The notes beneath the pieces were generated by a model, which saw only the letters and a program-made list of their open reading frames with translations, was not told the DNA's origin and searched no databases. A stretch of 57,268 nt of DNA from Candidatus Acidifodinimicrobium sp. (GTDB lineage Archaea > Nanobdellota > Nanobdellia > Parvarchaeales > Parvarchaeaceae), in the NCBI GenBank assembly GCA_049967035.1, contig JBMFTM010000001.1:1-57268 (forward strand). The letters are read 5' to 3'. The position numbers and the translations under genes are program-made. Of this stretch, positions 47,368 through 56,323 are shown piece after piece. How positions within the stretch are numbered: position 1 is the stretch's first letter; every line of letters starts with the position of its first letter.

Positions 47368-48503
47368 ACTATTATCTTAATTATCTGCCCATTTTCAAGT
47401 GGTTTGTCATTTCTTATCTTAAGTCCGGTTCTGCAATCTATAGCGCCTTTGTAGTTTTTGGCCACTTCTGTGTGTACTTTCTCTGCTAGATCTTTTGGCG
47501 TTGCATTCTCATCCAAAAGATACGCATCTGGTAGGACTCTTCCCTGGCTGTCTGTGAGCCTTTTCTCATCCACGACAGGAAAGGCAACCTTCCAATTCAT
47601 AGTCTTGAAAACTAGTGCGTTTATGAGTGAATCAACACCAGTCCCTCCAAATTTGTCCAGCATGCCTTTAATCATGTCCAGCGCACCCCGCTGCTGTGGA
47701 TTTATATCTTTTTTTATTTCAAAGCTGCTTCCGTTGTAACTTATAAAACCATGCTTCTCAGCTTCCTTAAGTGTAAGTTCTGCCCCAGCTGAGCAGGGTA
47801 TGAAATCATATTGGAATTTAGATCTCAACTGTTTCAATTTCTCTTCTAGGTTTTCAGTTATATCCATCTTATTGCATGCGATTATCATCTTTTTATCTGA
47901 ATCTAATAAGAAGTCTATGAATTCCCCTAAGTTAGGGTCATCTGGCCGATTTACGTTGAATTTTTTGATTCCCTCTTTTATGGTTTCAAATCTGAACTTT
48001 AATCCGGACAATTCTTTGTACATAGCCTCAGCCAAGCCCTCGCTGCTTTTGACTCTTACCTTATGTATGAGCCCGCCTATCCACGCTGTTAGCTCCTCCC
48101 TAACCATGTTTATGTCCTCAGCTGGGTCATAGCTCTCAGTCTTTTCACCGCTTCCATTGGTTTTTCCTGATATGTCTATGACCTGTATAAGTGCATCAGC
48201 TTCCATTGCGTCTGTTAAGAACTTATTGCCTAGCCCCTTTCCTTTGCTTGCATCCTTTATTAAGCCTGCTACATCTATCAGTTCAAAAGGGACATACCTG
48301 ATTCCATTCACGCACGGCGCATTATGTGGGTTGCATTTCAGTCCAAATTCCTTATCAGGGCAGGTTATCTTTGCATAAGCCACGCCTCGATTAGGTTCGA
48401 TGGTTGTGAAGGGCCTGTCAGCTATCTCCACCTCCTCCATTGTCATCGCTTTAAACAATGTGCTTTTTCCAACATTTGTTCGCCCTATTATCCCTACTTT
48501 CAT
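47364..48503 (-). CDS. OBG/YchF-family P-loop GTPase with a C-terminal TGS domain
   Basis: G1 GIIGRTNVGKST, G2 PFTTIEPN, G3 DVAGL, NKMD, and a TGS-like C-terminus (TGLKIRNDKPLENGQIIKII). Start set at ATG 48503 (MKVGIIG). Confidence 0.8.
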   Translation of the reverse strand: MKVGIIGRTNVGKSTLFKAMTMEEVEIADRPFTTIEPNRGVAYAKITCPDKEFGLKCNPHNAPCVNGIRYVPFELIDVAGLIKDASKGKGLGNKFLTDAMEADALIQVIDISGKTNGSGEKTESYDPAEDINMVREELTAWIGGLIHKVRVKSSEGLAEAMYKELSGLKFRFETIKEGIKKFNVNRPDDPNLGEFIDFLLDSDKKMIIACNKMDITENLEEKLKQLRSKFQYDFIPCSAGAELTLKEAEKHGFISYNGSSFEIKKDINPQQRGALDMIKGMLDKFGGTGVDSLINALVFKTMNWKVAFPVVDEKRLTDSQGRVLPDAYLLDENATPKDLAEKVHTEVAKNYKGAIDCRTGLKIRNDKPLENGQIIKIIV

Positions 48504-48508
48504 AATTA

Positions 48509-48847
48509 TCAATATAGCATCGCAACTATGAATTCTATTACTAAGAATAACAAGAAATAAAGTATAGACCTCGCGAAATTCCATTTCCTTGCGAAGTAAA
48601 ATGAAAAAGAGAACAGGTTGAATATCACAAGGATAGCGCCGATGGCATAAATCATGGGGTTTAGGAGCCGCATAACCGCTGCAAATAACGCTATTTCAAC
48701 GGCAAATGCAGGCACAAATATTCTGTCAGTGAAGTATTTAGTCAGATTTTTTATCTCCCTTTCACTGTATTCTGCGACTATGTAACTCAATGGAAAACTG
48801 ATTGCAATTATAAGTATTATCGCACTTTCAGCGTATATCCCAATCAT
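48509..48847 (-). CDS. hypothetical small membrane protein
   Basis: 112 aa with 4 predicted TM helices, upstream of and co-oriented with the GTPase gene. No family recognised. Confidence 0.4.
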   Translation of the reverse strand: MIGIYAESAIILIIAISFPLSYIVAEYSEREIKNLTKYFTDRIFVPAFAVEIALFAAVMRLLNPMIYAIGAILVIFNLFSFSFYFARKWNFARSILYFLLFLVIEFIVAMLY

Positions 48848-48906
48848 TTATATTCGTATGTCTTTTATTAATTTAAATATGACAATTAAGTCAAAGTTTG
48901 AGTTTT

Positions 48907-50448
48907 ATGTCAGACGAGATAACTAATGAGCTTACTGAGGAAAGGGTAAAAATTGCTTCTAACAGCTCTTACTCATTTTTAGGGTCGATAGTGAACTATT
49001 TTACATCCTTTTTTATAGGTCTTTTCTTAGCAAGATTCCTGGGACCTACAAATTTCGGTGTTTATTCTCTTGCTGTCACTATATGGTCGATGTTTTTAAC
49101 CTTCTCGTCCATAGGGATAAATGGTTCTCTGCAGTATGCTGTTTCAAAGTATAAAGCTAGAGATGACAGACCGGCTTTGAAGTGGGTGGCCAAAAATTAT
49201 CTGTATCTGATAGTTATAACATCTATCTCACTTAGTGTTGCGATGCTTGTTCTTTCCGGGCCAATTGCTTCATTTTATCATGAACCTATTCTCAGGAATC
49301 TTTTGATAATACTCGCTATAGGTTTGACATTTTACTCACTTGTAAACTCTTTCTATCAGAGCCTCTTCTCTGGGTATCAACTGCAGAAATATCGGTTCAT
49401 AGTGAACGCTACTTTGGACATAATGAGGGTAGGGCAGATATTGGTCCTTTACCTGGGATTAAGCTTGATAGGTGTTATAAGTGTTTATGATGTAAGCTAT
49501 TTTGTGGCGTTCATAATCGCCTTTTTCCTTGCGAGGAAGATAATAAATCATATAAAAGAGGTAAGAAAACCTACCTATGAAGAGAGAAAGGAATTGAGGT
49601 CTTACTCTACATTTACATACACTGGGTCTCTCTTTTCTATATTCTACTCTTCATTTATAGTGATCCTTCTAGGGGTTATAGCGCCTAACATGAGTTTTGT
49701 TGGGTTCTATAGGATAGGTGCAGTTCTTTCTGGCTTGGTAGGCGCTCCTGGAGGGGCTATAGCTATCGCTTTCTTTCCATCCATAACTAAGATGTTCGAG
49801 AAGAAAAATTATGATTATCTATACAGATTGATGAAGGATTCAATCAGGTTTTCTGCTCTTATAACTATACCACTTGTTTTTGGTGCAGCAGTCACAGTTA
49901 ATCCTCTGATTCGCCTGTTTTATCACCAGGAGTTCTTGGGGTCTGCTGGGCCATTTTTAGTGCTCATGACTGGCGTTTTGATAAGTAGCATTCTTTCGCC
50001 TTTAACAACTGTTTTGAGTGCAAGCGGAAAACAGAAATATTCCATGTACTCTACAATCTCAGGCGCAATGGTTGGGATAATATTGTCTATTCTTTTAATA
50101 CCCAGGTTCTTCTCCACAGGGGCGGCTTTGGTTTCATTAGGTGTGACGGTTCTCACTATTACAATAAATCTATATTTCACGAGAAGGTATATAGAGATAA
50201 AACTGCCGATCGGGGCCATAATAAAGGGGACCATTGCAGGGTTACTTATGGTAGGTTTCATACTGTTGCTTCTTGCCAACTTCACTAGGTTGATAGAACT
50301 GCCGTTCATACTGGTTGCTGCCGTTATTTTGTATATATTTCTGCTTTATATCTTCAGAGCGATAAGCAGATCGGACATTATCTTTATACTTATTACGGTA
50401 AGGCTTGGTAGATTAGCGAGATTGTTTGAACAATCTAAAAAGATTTAA
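48907..50448 (+). CDS. MOP-superfamily oligosaccharide/polysaccharide flippase (Wzx/RfbX-like)
   Basis: About 14 TM helices. The N-terminal region (SFLGSIVNYFTSFFIGLFLARFLGPTNFGVYSLAV) is typical of polysaccharide-biosynthesis flippases. It lies near aglB. ATG 48907 preferred over TTG 48898. Confidence 0.7.
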   Translation: MSDEITNELTEERVKIASNSSYSFLGSIVNYFTSFFIGLFLARFLGPTNFGVYSLAVTIWSMFLTFSSIGINGSLQYAVSKYKARDDRPALKWVAKNYLYLIVITSISLSVAMLVLSGPIASFYHEPILRNLLIILAIGLTFYSLVNSFYQSLFSGYQLQKYRFIVNATLDIMRVGQILVLYLGLSLIGVISVYDVSYFVAFIIAFFLARKIINHIKEVRKPTYEERKELRSYSTFTYTGSLFSIFYSSFIVILLGVIAPNMSFVGFYRIGAVLSGLVGAPGGAIAIAFFPSITKMFEKKNYDYLYRLMKDSIRFSALITIPLVFGAAVTVNPLIRLFYHQEFLGSAGPFLVLMTGVLISSILSPLTTVLSASGKQKYSMYSTISGAMVGIILSILLIPRFFSTGAALVSLGVTVLTITINLYFTRRYIEIKLPIGAIIKGTIAGLLMVGFILLLLANFTRLIELPFILVAAVILYIFLLYIFRAISRSDIIFILITVRLGRLARLFEQSKKI

Positions 50449-50471
50449 ACTTGCGTCTACTATTAACGATA

Positions 50472-51230
50472 ATGAAAATAAGCAGCAACATCTTAGATTT
50501 AGAGTTCGATGAGAAGGGGATGTCATTAAAATGCGATGGCGCAAATTTAGCAGCCGATATAAGAAGATTGAATGAGATGAGCGATGTACTTTTCAACAGG
50601 ACCTTCATCAATACCTCCAACAAGAATGACCCACTATATTACATGTTTAGGGGTGTTGGATTTGATAAAAACTCATCTGTGTTCGAAGCACATACCATAC
50701 GGTACGATATAACAGTATTGGATCACTATGACTTAGGTGGTGAATTCAACAAGACCTTGGGCCATTATCATCCAATAGTTGAGGATAACCTTTCTTATCC
50801 AGAGATTTACGAGGTGTTATACGGCGAGGTCTTATATATTCTGCAGAGGGCCAATGAGGATGGATCATATGACGTCAAGCTTATCCATGCCAAGAAAGGT
50901 GATAGAGTTATAATGCTTCCAAATTACGGCCATATAACTGTAAATGTTGGGAGTGGTATTCTTATAGAAGCGAATCTAGTAAATTCTACTTTCAAGTCGA
51001 ATTATAACCCAATGAAACAGAAAAGAGGCGGAGCAGTATATGTTTTGGGTAACAACAACATCGTTATGAATAGAAACTACAACGATTTGAAGGTGGATTA
51101 CTCAGAGGCTACTAAGATAGATTTCTTAGATTATTCAAGGCCTACCATATACGACGAATACGTGGCTCATCCGGAGCACTTTGAGTTCTTGAATAAGCCG
51201 TCTTTGTTGAGAAGTTACAATCTTATATAG
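50472..51230 (+). CDS. cupin-type glucose-6-phosphate isomerase-like protein (cPGI family), tentative
   Basis: Cupin motifs TLGHYHP...YPEIYEVLYGEVLYILQ and VIMLPNYGHITVNVG parallel the Thermococcales cPGI motifs (TxGHxH...EvY...G..llQ / PPxxaHRtiN.G). It carries about 70 extra N-terminal residues. Confidence 0.45.
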   Translation: MKISSNILDLEFDEKGMSLKCDGANLAADIRRLNEMSDVLFNRTFINTSNKNDPLYYMFRGVGFDKNSSVFEAHTIRYDITVLDHYDLGGEFNKTLGHYHPIVEDNLSYPEIYEVLYGEVLYILQRANEDGSYDVKLIHAKKGDRVIMLPNYGHITVNVGSGILIEANLVNSTFKSNYNPMKQKRGGAVYVLGNNNIVMNRNYNDLKVDYSEATKIDFLDYSRPTIYDEYVAHPEHFEFLNKPSLLRSYNLI

Positions 51231-51239
51231 AGTTAAGGT

Positions 51240-51450
51240 TTAATTAATTCGTCGAGAATTCCCCTTTCGTGAGATGAGAGATGAAAGGCGGTAAGGATAA
51301 GTATTTATGAAAGAAATGGCAAACAAAAATATGCGTAATTATAAATTCAGGCTGTACCCAAACAAGGTAGTGGAAGCAGAACTGGACAGACAGTTGGATT
51401 TATACCGTTGGGAGCCTGAAAAAAGGGGAAATGGAAAACAATGTAAATGA
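51240..51450 (+). mobile_element. IS200/IS605-family (IS1341-like) left-end remnant with a truncated tnpB 5' fragment, copy B
   Basis: Homologous to 38958-39076. It carries a potential hairpin CCTTTC(51263-68)/GAAAGG(51283-88). It encodes MANKNMRNYKFRLYPNKVVEAELDRQLDLYRWEP, then loses TnpB similarity. The 44-codon ORF (51316-51450) ends 20 nt into aglB. Confidence 0.65.
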
Positions 51451-54400
51451 AGGTAAGCCTCGAGAATCCTCCTCGGAAATCCATGAAGAAAAAAAGACGG
51501 AAAAAGTCACCGAGCTTGAATTAAATCTCAATCTTGATTCTATAAAATCGATGTTGAAGCCAGTGGTAAAGTATGGCGTAGGTTATGGTCTCATATTTGC
51601 CATTCTAGCGGTTTTGATGGTGGCCTCTTTGCTTTACACTTACCTATCGATTTATTTCTATATCACCCTCGGGCTTATGATAGTCTCGGCTGTCCTCTCA
51701 GCCTTATTCACCAAACACAAGGCGCCTTTTTACGCGCTTTTGTTTACAGCAATAATCCTAGGTTTGTTGATAAGGACTGCTAGTCTGCCTGCATTAGGGG
51801 CTACGCCACTGGTCGGCAATGATTATCTAGGTATGGGTGGTTCACTTACTGGTCTAGACCCGTATGAATTCTATGATCTTATGAGGGACATCATTACAAC
51901 TGGCAATGTACCAGTGATAAATCACCTTCAGTACCTCCCGATAGGGTTACCTTCTAGGTCTCAGGAGGTTCTTATATCATTTTTCGGCGCATACATGTAC
52001 CGTTTCATGCAGCCTTTGGTTCCAGCCGCTACTCCAATGACTTGGTTTATGATTTATCCGCCGATTGTTGCGGCGGTTATGACTCTGCTTTTATTCTTTA
52101 TTCTGTTGTATGTCTTTAGAGATTATTGGATGGCTTCTTTGGGGGCCTTTGTTTTTCCCGCGTTTGAAACACTGCTAGGCAGGACCTCAGCAGGATTTTC
52201 AACTAAGACCGCGATGGGTTTCATGTTCATATTCTTGTCATTTTTCATGCTTGTAAAAATATTCACGTCAAAAGACAGAAATTCTAAACTGCTGTATGGC
52301 TTTCTGATGGCCATATCAGTAGGTTTTGGGACGATAACCAGCGGCTACCCCGTGTTCTCTGTAATAACCATACCGCTGACATACCTTCTTTTGATAATGT
52401 TTGAATTTGATAAGAAGGAGGATCTGTACGCGTTTTTGCCATTTGGATTGTTCCTAGCATTCGAAGCCAGCTTCTTGAACTTCAGTCTGTCGAACTTGTT
52501 GAGCTTTGAGCTGTTTCCGATGTACTTTGTATATTTAGTGATACTCTTTAAGCTTTTCGTTTATGATAAATACAAAGACAGATTGAGGATACCGCACATC
52601 AACGAAGGCACAAGCCCAGTGATATATGCACTCTTGATAGGCTTTGTGATAAGCTTAATCCCCAAGTTGAATTTACTCCATAAAATCCTTACATTCCTTA
52701 GCTCGGAGATAGCTCATCCGCTTGGCCTTGGCGCTGTAAATCCGCTGTCTTTGACGATTGCTGAGTACGGCGTCGTTAACCTCGCAGATAGGTTCTCAGA
52801 GTACAATTTTGTTGTTTCAGGTATTGGGGTAAATTTCTTGCTGCTGTTCATTGGCTCAGGAGTGCTCCTTTATCTTATTTCAAGGAGATTCAAACACTGG
52901 TATATCTTCTATTCTCTGTTGCTTCCGATGGTGGTACTTATAAATGGTGGAACATTTTCGTTCAGCTTATCATCTGAAGTTTACCTTATAGTGGCAGTTA
53001 TAATGTCATTTTTGCCAGAGGTCATAGCGCTGTATGAATTCAGTCGGCACAGAAGCAAAAAGCTCCTCGGAAATGTGGCTGTTTTTGTGTTTATATCTAT
53101 AATCTTGATTGTTGTTTCGCTGGCTATAGGGCAAGCTAAGAATTACTATAAATATGGGGCCTTTGGTTTGATTGGCATATTCACTATATTCTTAGTATTT
53201 GATAAATTTGAAAGAGAAAGTGTCTCCGATAAAGTGTACCTCATGCTCCTAACTTTATTCATTTTGACATTGGTGTTATCAAATTTAGAGTTGAGACTTC
53301 TGGAACCGACTGATCTAACAGCGGCGTTGTTGGTTCCTCTAGCAGTTGTTTTCTTGACTAATTCCGGGATCAAATACACTAAGTCATTATTCAAGAGCCC
53401 TGAACAGAAGAGGTTATTTTATCTAGCAGTAGGTCTGATAACCATTATAGCGCTTACATTCGTTGCTATAGAGCTGTATGACAGTTTGACAGTATCCTAT
53501 CAGATAGCGCAGCAAAGTGGCTCAGGTCTTGCGCTTTGGGGCCCTACTATGCTCTGGATAAACCAGAATACCCCTGCTAACAGTTCAATAATCTCGTGGT
53601 GGGATTATGGTTATTGGGAAGAGGCGATAGCTGGAAGAACAGCCGTTGCTGACGGGAGTAACGCCTATGGATATCAATCTATGATTGCAAAGTACTTCTT
53701 TGAAGCCACATCGCCTTATCAGTATGCGACTTATCTTCATTTTATCCACGAACCAACATACGCAGTTATAAGCGGCAGCGAAGTTTTAAAGTTCTCAGCT
53801 ATCTCAACGATAGCATTGAAGTCGACTGAATTCTCTCCACTGATAGAGGGAACCTCACAGTTGAATTCTAACAACATCGGTAATGCTAGTTATAAGTATC
53901 TGGCTGTGTTTGGAGGGAGCCCAAGCACAGGTTATGCTTTAGTCAATTCGAATGTAACAGTTGGATTACAGAACATCCCGGCAAGTGATGCCATACTACT
54001 TGAGGTGCTGCTGCCATTTAATTCATCAACAGTGATAGGAAAACCTTACGGTATAATCTACAATACCTTAACACAGCAGGCTTCGTCTCCTATGCCGATA
54101 GATTACATGTGTACTTATTCTAAGGGGTGTGTGCAGGAAAGCACAAGCGGCATACCTGGAGGGTTCATGCTTCTTCTTCCAAACGAGACAGCAACTCTTC
54201 ATATAGGTGGAGTAGGTCAGGGCTATATACCGGAACCAATTAATCTATCATCCTACGGAAATCAACCTGCTGGCTTATTCATGCCAAATCAAACATTGAA
54301 CACATTATTCGTAAAGTTATATCTGTTAAATGAGACTGTGCCTGGCTTTAAATTGGTGTTCTCTGACAACCTGCCAGTCAACTCTCTTCTAAGTATCGAG

Positions 54401-54577
54401 AATCAAGTTCTTACGAACATAAATGTTTATCAGATAAACTACACACAGCTTTCAAAGTATGAATTGACCGGAGAATGTTCGACTTCCCCTACAGCTATAA
54501 ACTACTGTGATAACCTAAGCTATCTTCCAAGTGTGTTTGATAAGAACCTTTCTCTCATAGAAAACAATAGCATTTAG
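51431..54577 (+). CDS. aglB: archaeal oligosaccharyltransferase AglB (STT3 family)
   Basis: About 13+ N-terminal TM helices followed by the WWDYGYW (WWDYG) catalytic motif, and a large soluble C-terminal domain. 1048 aa. Confidence 0.9.
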   Translation: MENNVNEGKPRESSSEIHEEKKTEKVTELELNLNLDSIKSMLKPVVKYGVGYGLIFAILAVLMVASLLYTYLSIYFYITLGLMIVSAVLSALFTKHKAPFYALLFTAIILGLLIRTASLPALGATPLVGNDYLGMGGSLTGLDPYEFYDLMRDIITTGNVPVINHLQYLPIGLPSRSQEVLISFFGAYMYRFMQPLVPAATPMTWFMIYPPIVAAVMTLLLFFILLYVFRDYWMASLGAFVFPAFETLLGRTSAGFSTKTAMGFMFIFLSFFMLVKIFTSKDRNSKLLYGFLMAISVGFGTITSGYPVFSVITIPLTYLLLIMFEFDKKEDLYAFLPFGLFLAFEASFLNFSLSNLLSFELFPMYFVYLVILFKLFVYDKYKDRLRIPHINEGTSPVIYALLIGFVISLIPKLNLLHKILTFLSSEIAHPLGLGAVNPLSLTIAEYGVVNLADRFSEYNFVVSGIGVNFLLLFIGSGVLLYLISRRFKHWYIFYSLLLPMVVLINGGTFSFSLSSEVYLIVAVIMSFLPEVIALYEFSRHRSKKLLGNVAVFVFISIILIVVSLAIGQAKNYYKYGAFGLIGIFTIFLVFDKFERESVSDKVYLMLLTLFILTLVLSNLELRLLEPTDLTAALLVPLAVVFLTNSGIKYTKSLFKSPEQKRLFYLAVGLITIIALTFVAIELYDSLTVSYQIAQQSGSGLALWGPTMLWINQNTPANSSIISWWDYGYWEEAIAGRTAVADGSNAYGYQSMIAKYFFEATSPYQYATYLHFIHEPTYAVISGSEVLKFSAISTIALKSTEFSPLIEGTSQLNSNNIGNASYKYLAVFGGSPSTGYALVNSNVTVGLQNIPASDAILLEVLLPFNSSTVIGKPYGIIYNTLTQQASSPMPIDYMCTYSKGCVQESTSGIPGGFMLLLPNETATLHIGGVGQGYIPEPINLSSYGNQPAGLFMPNQTLNTLFVKLYLLNETVPGFKLVFSDNLPVNSLLSIENQVLTNINVYQINYTQLSKYELTGECSTSPTAINYCDNLSYLPSVFDKNLSLIENNSI

Positions 54578-54616
54578 GAATTTAATTTTATAAAATATGA
54601 ATGTCTGGGTATATGT

Positions 54617-55174
54617 ATGATAATAACAGTATCCGGTCTAACAGCTTCAGGAAAGACCACTTTGGCTAAGGGTTTAGCAGATGAGCTCAACTTAGAGTAT
54701 CTTTCAGGTAGTTCTAAGCTTAAAAATCTCCTTCCAGACAAGACGTTTAGGTCGTGGGAATCCAAAGAAGGTATGCAGATGATTCTCTTCAGGCTCAAAA
54801 ACACTAAGTTTGATAAAAGACTAGACTCGGAGCTCCTTAGGACCATTAGGAGAAGCGACAATATCGTAGTGGATAGCTGGACTATGCCCTGGCTGTTAGG
54901 TAGCAATAGAAATACGGTGAAGATATATGTTAAAGCACCGATAGAGGTGAGAGCACGTAGGGTTTCTATAAGAGACAGTATCCCATACAAATCTGCCCTT
55001 GCTGTAACTAAAAAGAAAGACGATTTGACCGCAAAGATTTATAGAAGTTTGTACAAAATAGATGTGGCCTATGATTTAGCTCCATTTGACCTGATTGTGG
55101 ATTCCAGTAAATTGGACAGGGACAATCTAAGAGATCTCTGCGTAGATTTTATATTTAAATTCTTTAAAGTATAA
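54617..55174 (+). CDS. cmk: cytidylate kinase (archaeal type)
   Basis: P-loop MIITVSGLTASGKTT, the roughly 180-aa size, and the conserved archaeal neighbourhood next to cbf5. Confidence 0.8.
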   Translation: MIITVSGLTASGKTTLAKGLADELNLEYLSGSSKLKNLLPDKTFRSWESKEGMQMILFRLKNTKFDKRLDSELLRTIRRSDNIVVDSWTMPWLLGSNRNTVKIYVKAPIEVRARRVSIRDSIPYKSALAVTKKKDDLTAKIYRSLYKIDVAYDLAPFDLIVDSSKLDRDNLRDLCVDFIFKFFKV

Positions 55175-55183
55175 TCTAGTTCA

Positions 55184-56201
55184 ATGGGCCTGCCTTATGA
55201 GGGTATAAAACGTGAAGTTATGTCTTTGCGCGATGAGGCGACCTGTGAGGATTACGGAGTATATCCCGACAGGAGAGATATAAAGCAGAAGCTTGACCTT
55301 GGCTTCATTTTGCTTGATAAGCCAAGTGGAATGAGATCAAAGACTTCCGCTTTTATCGCCAAGAGGATACTGTCTCCGCTGAATGTCAGTAAGATCGGTT
55401 ACTCAGGGACTTTAGTGTGATTCACAAAGAAATCCCAACGTGACTGGATTACTGCCTTTATCCTTAAACCGCGCAAATAAAGCGATAGCTCTCCTTCTTT
55501 TAGGCGGAAAAGAATACATTGCCTTAATGCATGTTCATAAAGAATTCGAAGAAGAGAACCTGAAGAAACAGATGCTGGAGTTTGTTGGCAAGATAAATCA
55601 GCTTCCGCCGGTAAGATCAAATGTGAAAAGGCAGTATAGAGAGAGAACAGTTTATTATCTAGACGTATTGGAAGTAGATGGAAGAGATGTCCTCTTCAGG
55701 GTGGGTGTAGAATCAGGCACATATATAAGGAAGCTGATACACGACATGGGGGAAAAGATTGGTGTAGGCGCCCATATGGTGGAATTGAGGAGAACGAAAG
55801 TTGCTAACCTCACTGAAGATGATGGTTTGTCGACCCTTCAAAATTTAGAAGATGCAGTTTACTTCTATGAAAAGGAGGGGGATGAAAAGCCATTAAATAA
55901 GGTGATACAGAATATAGAGAAAGCGGTAGATTTTCTTCCGAAGGTGTGGATATCTGATTTTGCCGTTGATACGGTCTGCAAAGGTGCTCCAGTAGCTGTC
56001 CCTGGCGTAGTGAAGTTTAATCCTTTCAAAATAGGCGAATGGGTTTTGATATACACGTTGAAGGGCGAGATAGTCGCTATAGGTAAGGCAGCGATAGATT
56101 CAAGTTCACTGAAAGACATAGAGAAAGGTATAGTAATAAGAACTGACAGTGTTATAATGAGATCTGGTGTGTATCCGGAGTATCATAGAGCACGACAATA
56201 G
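55184..56201 (+). CDS. cbf5: H/ACA RNP pseudouridine synthase Cbf5; proposed spliced CDS join(55184..55415,55432..56201)
   Basis: Two track ORFs (55184-55420; 55440-56201) together cover a complete Cbf5: LLDKPSGMRS, GKEYIALMHVH, GVESGTYIRKLIHD and a PUA domain at the C-terminus. After removal of 55416-55431 the reading frame is continuous (333 aa) and the catalytic motif reads GTLDPNVTG. Confidence 0.85.
55416..55431 (+). other. putative 16-nt bulge-helix-bulge intron in cbf5 pre-mRNA
   Basis: The region folds into a canonical hBHBh' motif. The outer helix is 55406-09/55433-36 (GGGA/UCCC). The central 4-bp helix is 55410-13/55426-29 (CUUU/AAAG). The two 3-nt bulges are AG|U (55414-16) and AA|A (55430-32). 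The apical helix is 55417-19/55423-25 with an AUU loop. Confidence 0.7.
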
Positions 56202-56206
56202 TGTAT

Positions 56207-56280
56207 GGGGTGGTAGTCTAGCTTGGTATGATACTGGTTTCGGGTGCCAGAGGTCGTGGGTTCAAATCCCATCCACCCCA
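56207..56280 (+). tRNA. tRNA-Pro (anticodon CGG)
   Basis: GGGGTGGTAGTCTAGCTTGGTATGATACTGGTTTCGGGTGCCAGAGGTCGTGGGTTCAAATCCCATCCACCCCA. Acceptor stem GGGGTGG/CCACCCC, anticodon arm CTGGT-TTCGGGT-GCCAG with G37, and T arm GTGGG-TTCAAAT-CCCAT. No encoded CCA. Confidence 0.9.
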
Positions 56281-56323
56281 ATTGCGCGTATAATCAAATA
56301 TTTGCATTGAATTTTAAAAAGTA

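Noticed and set aside
55412-55442. cbf5 as a pseudogene, as a programmed +1 frameshift at GUG-UGA-U, or as a genuinely split two-protein gene restarting at GTG 55440.
   Set aside because: A simple +1 slip would give GTLVDSQRNPNVTG, an insertion in a motif that is normally invariant in length, and there is no slippery re-pairing site. Two separate proteins would lose the catalytic Asp codon altogether. Both halves are otherwise intact. A precise 16-nt excision flanked by a perfect BHB restores GTLDPNVTG, so splicing is the more parsimonious reading. Sequencing error still needs to be excluded.
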